Assembly (NCBI RefSeq): GCF_006345805.1
Contig: NC_043005.1
Span: 23,808,001-23,872,000, forward strand
DNA length: 64,000 bases
Direction of reading: 5' to 3'
Origin: Octopus sinensis
Lineage: Eukaryota
Shown: in pieces, positions 63,787 through 64,000 of the stretch
Layout: every line of letters starts with the position of its first letter
Position numbering within the stretch: position 1 is the stretch's first letter
Notes under the pieces: model-generated
The model's database searches: none
What the model was told of the DNA's origin: nothing
Seen by the model: the letters and a program-made list of their open reading frames with translations, nothing else
Translations under genes and position numbers: made by a program

Positions 63787-64000
63787 CAGGTTTATACCTG
63801 TAATTATTGGGGCACTGGGATATGTAACGTACTGCCTAAATACCAATCTTGAGAAATTAGGCTTCTCAAAACCAGAAAGGAGAAAGCTGATTCAAGACTT
63901 CAAATCCAATCCATCATTGGAACTGTAAAAATCTGTAAATCTTTCCAGAAGTTTATCGTTTAAGTATATATGAGCATTTCTAGATATGCATGTATACGCA
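63787..64000 (+). mobile_element. RLE family D 3' fragment starting immediately after (CATA)n; runs off the window
   Basis: RFIPVIIGALGYVTYCLNTNLEKLGF...RRKLI.RLQIQSIIGTVKICKSF; 3' UTR matches 34495-34631. Confidence 0.8.

Overview
Eukaryotic nuclear DNA, almost certainly from an octopus. The evidence is a mitochondrial insert with nad5-trnF-atp6 order and invertebrate mitochondrial code, plus cephalopod-type tRNA-derived SINEs and very high microsatellite density. No host protein-coding gene can be supported, and most ORFs in the supplied track are microsatellite read-throughs. The window is a mosaic of microsatellites and transposon remnants: R4/Dong-like RLE non-LTR elements, a Tx1/L1 LINE, RTE LINEs, Penelope-like elements (PLEs), Tc1, mariner and DD37D elements, MITEs, Helitron fragments and several SINE families. 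Four observations stand out. (1) Several retroelement families each appear tied to one microsatellite: R4/Dong-like families and a non-coding companion element stack in (TAA)n arrays, a Tx1 LINE lies in (TATC)n, and another RLE family lies in (CATA)n. (2) A three-level nest: a SINE inside a NUMT inside a mariner transposase gene. (3) Short (TA)n-anchored repeats carry minimal hammerhead-ribozyme folds. (4) A PLE has a 5' inversion and a Tc1 end has a perfect fold-back copy. Some tandem duplications may be assembly artefacts. All assignments come from manual translation and motif recognition; remnant boundaries are approximate.
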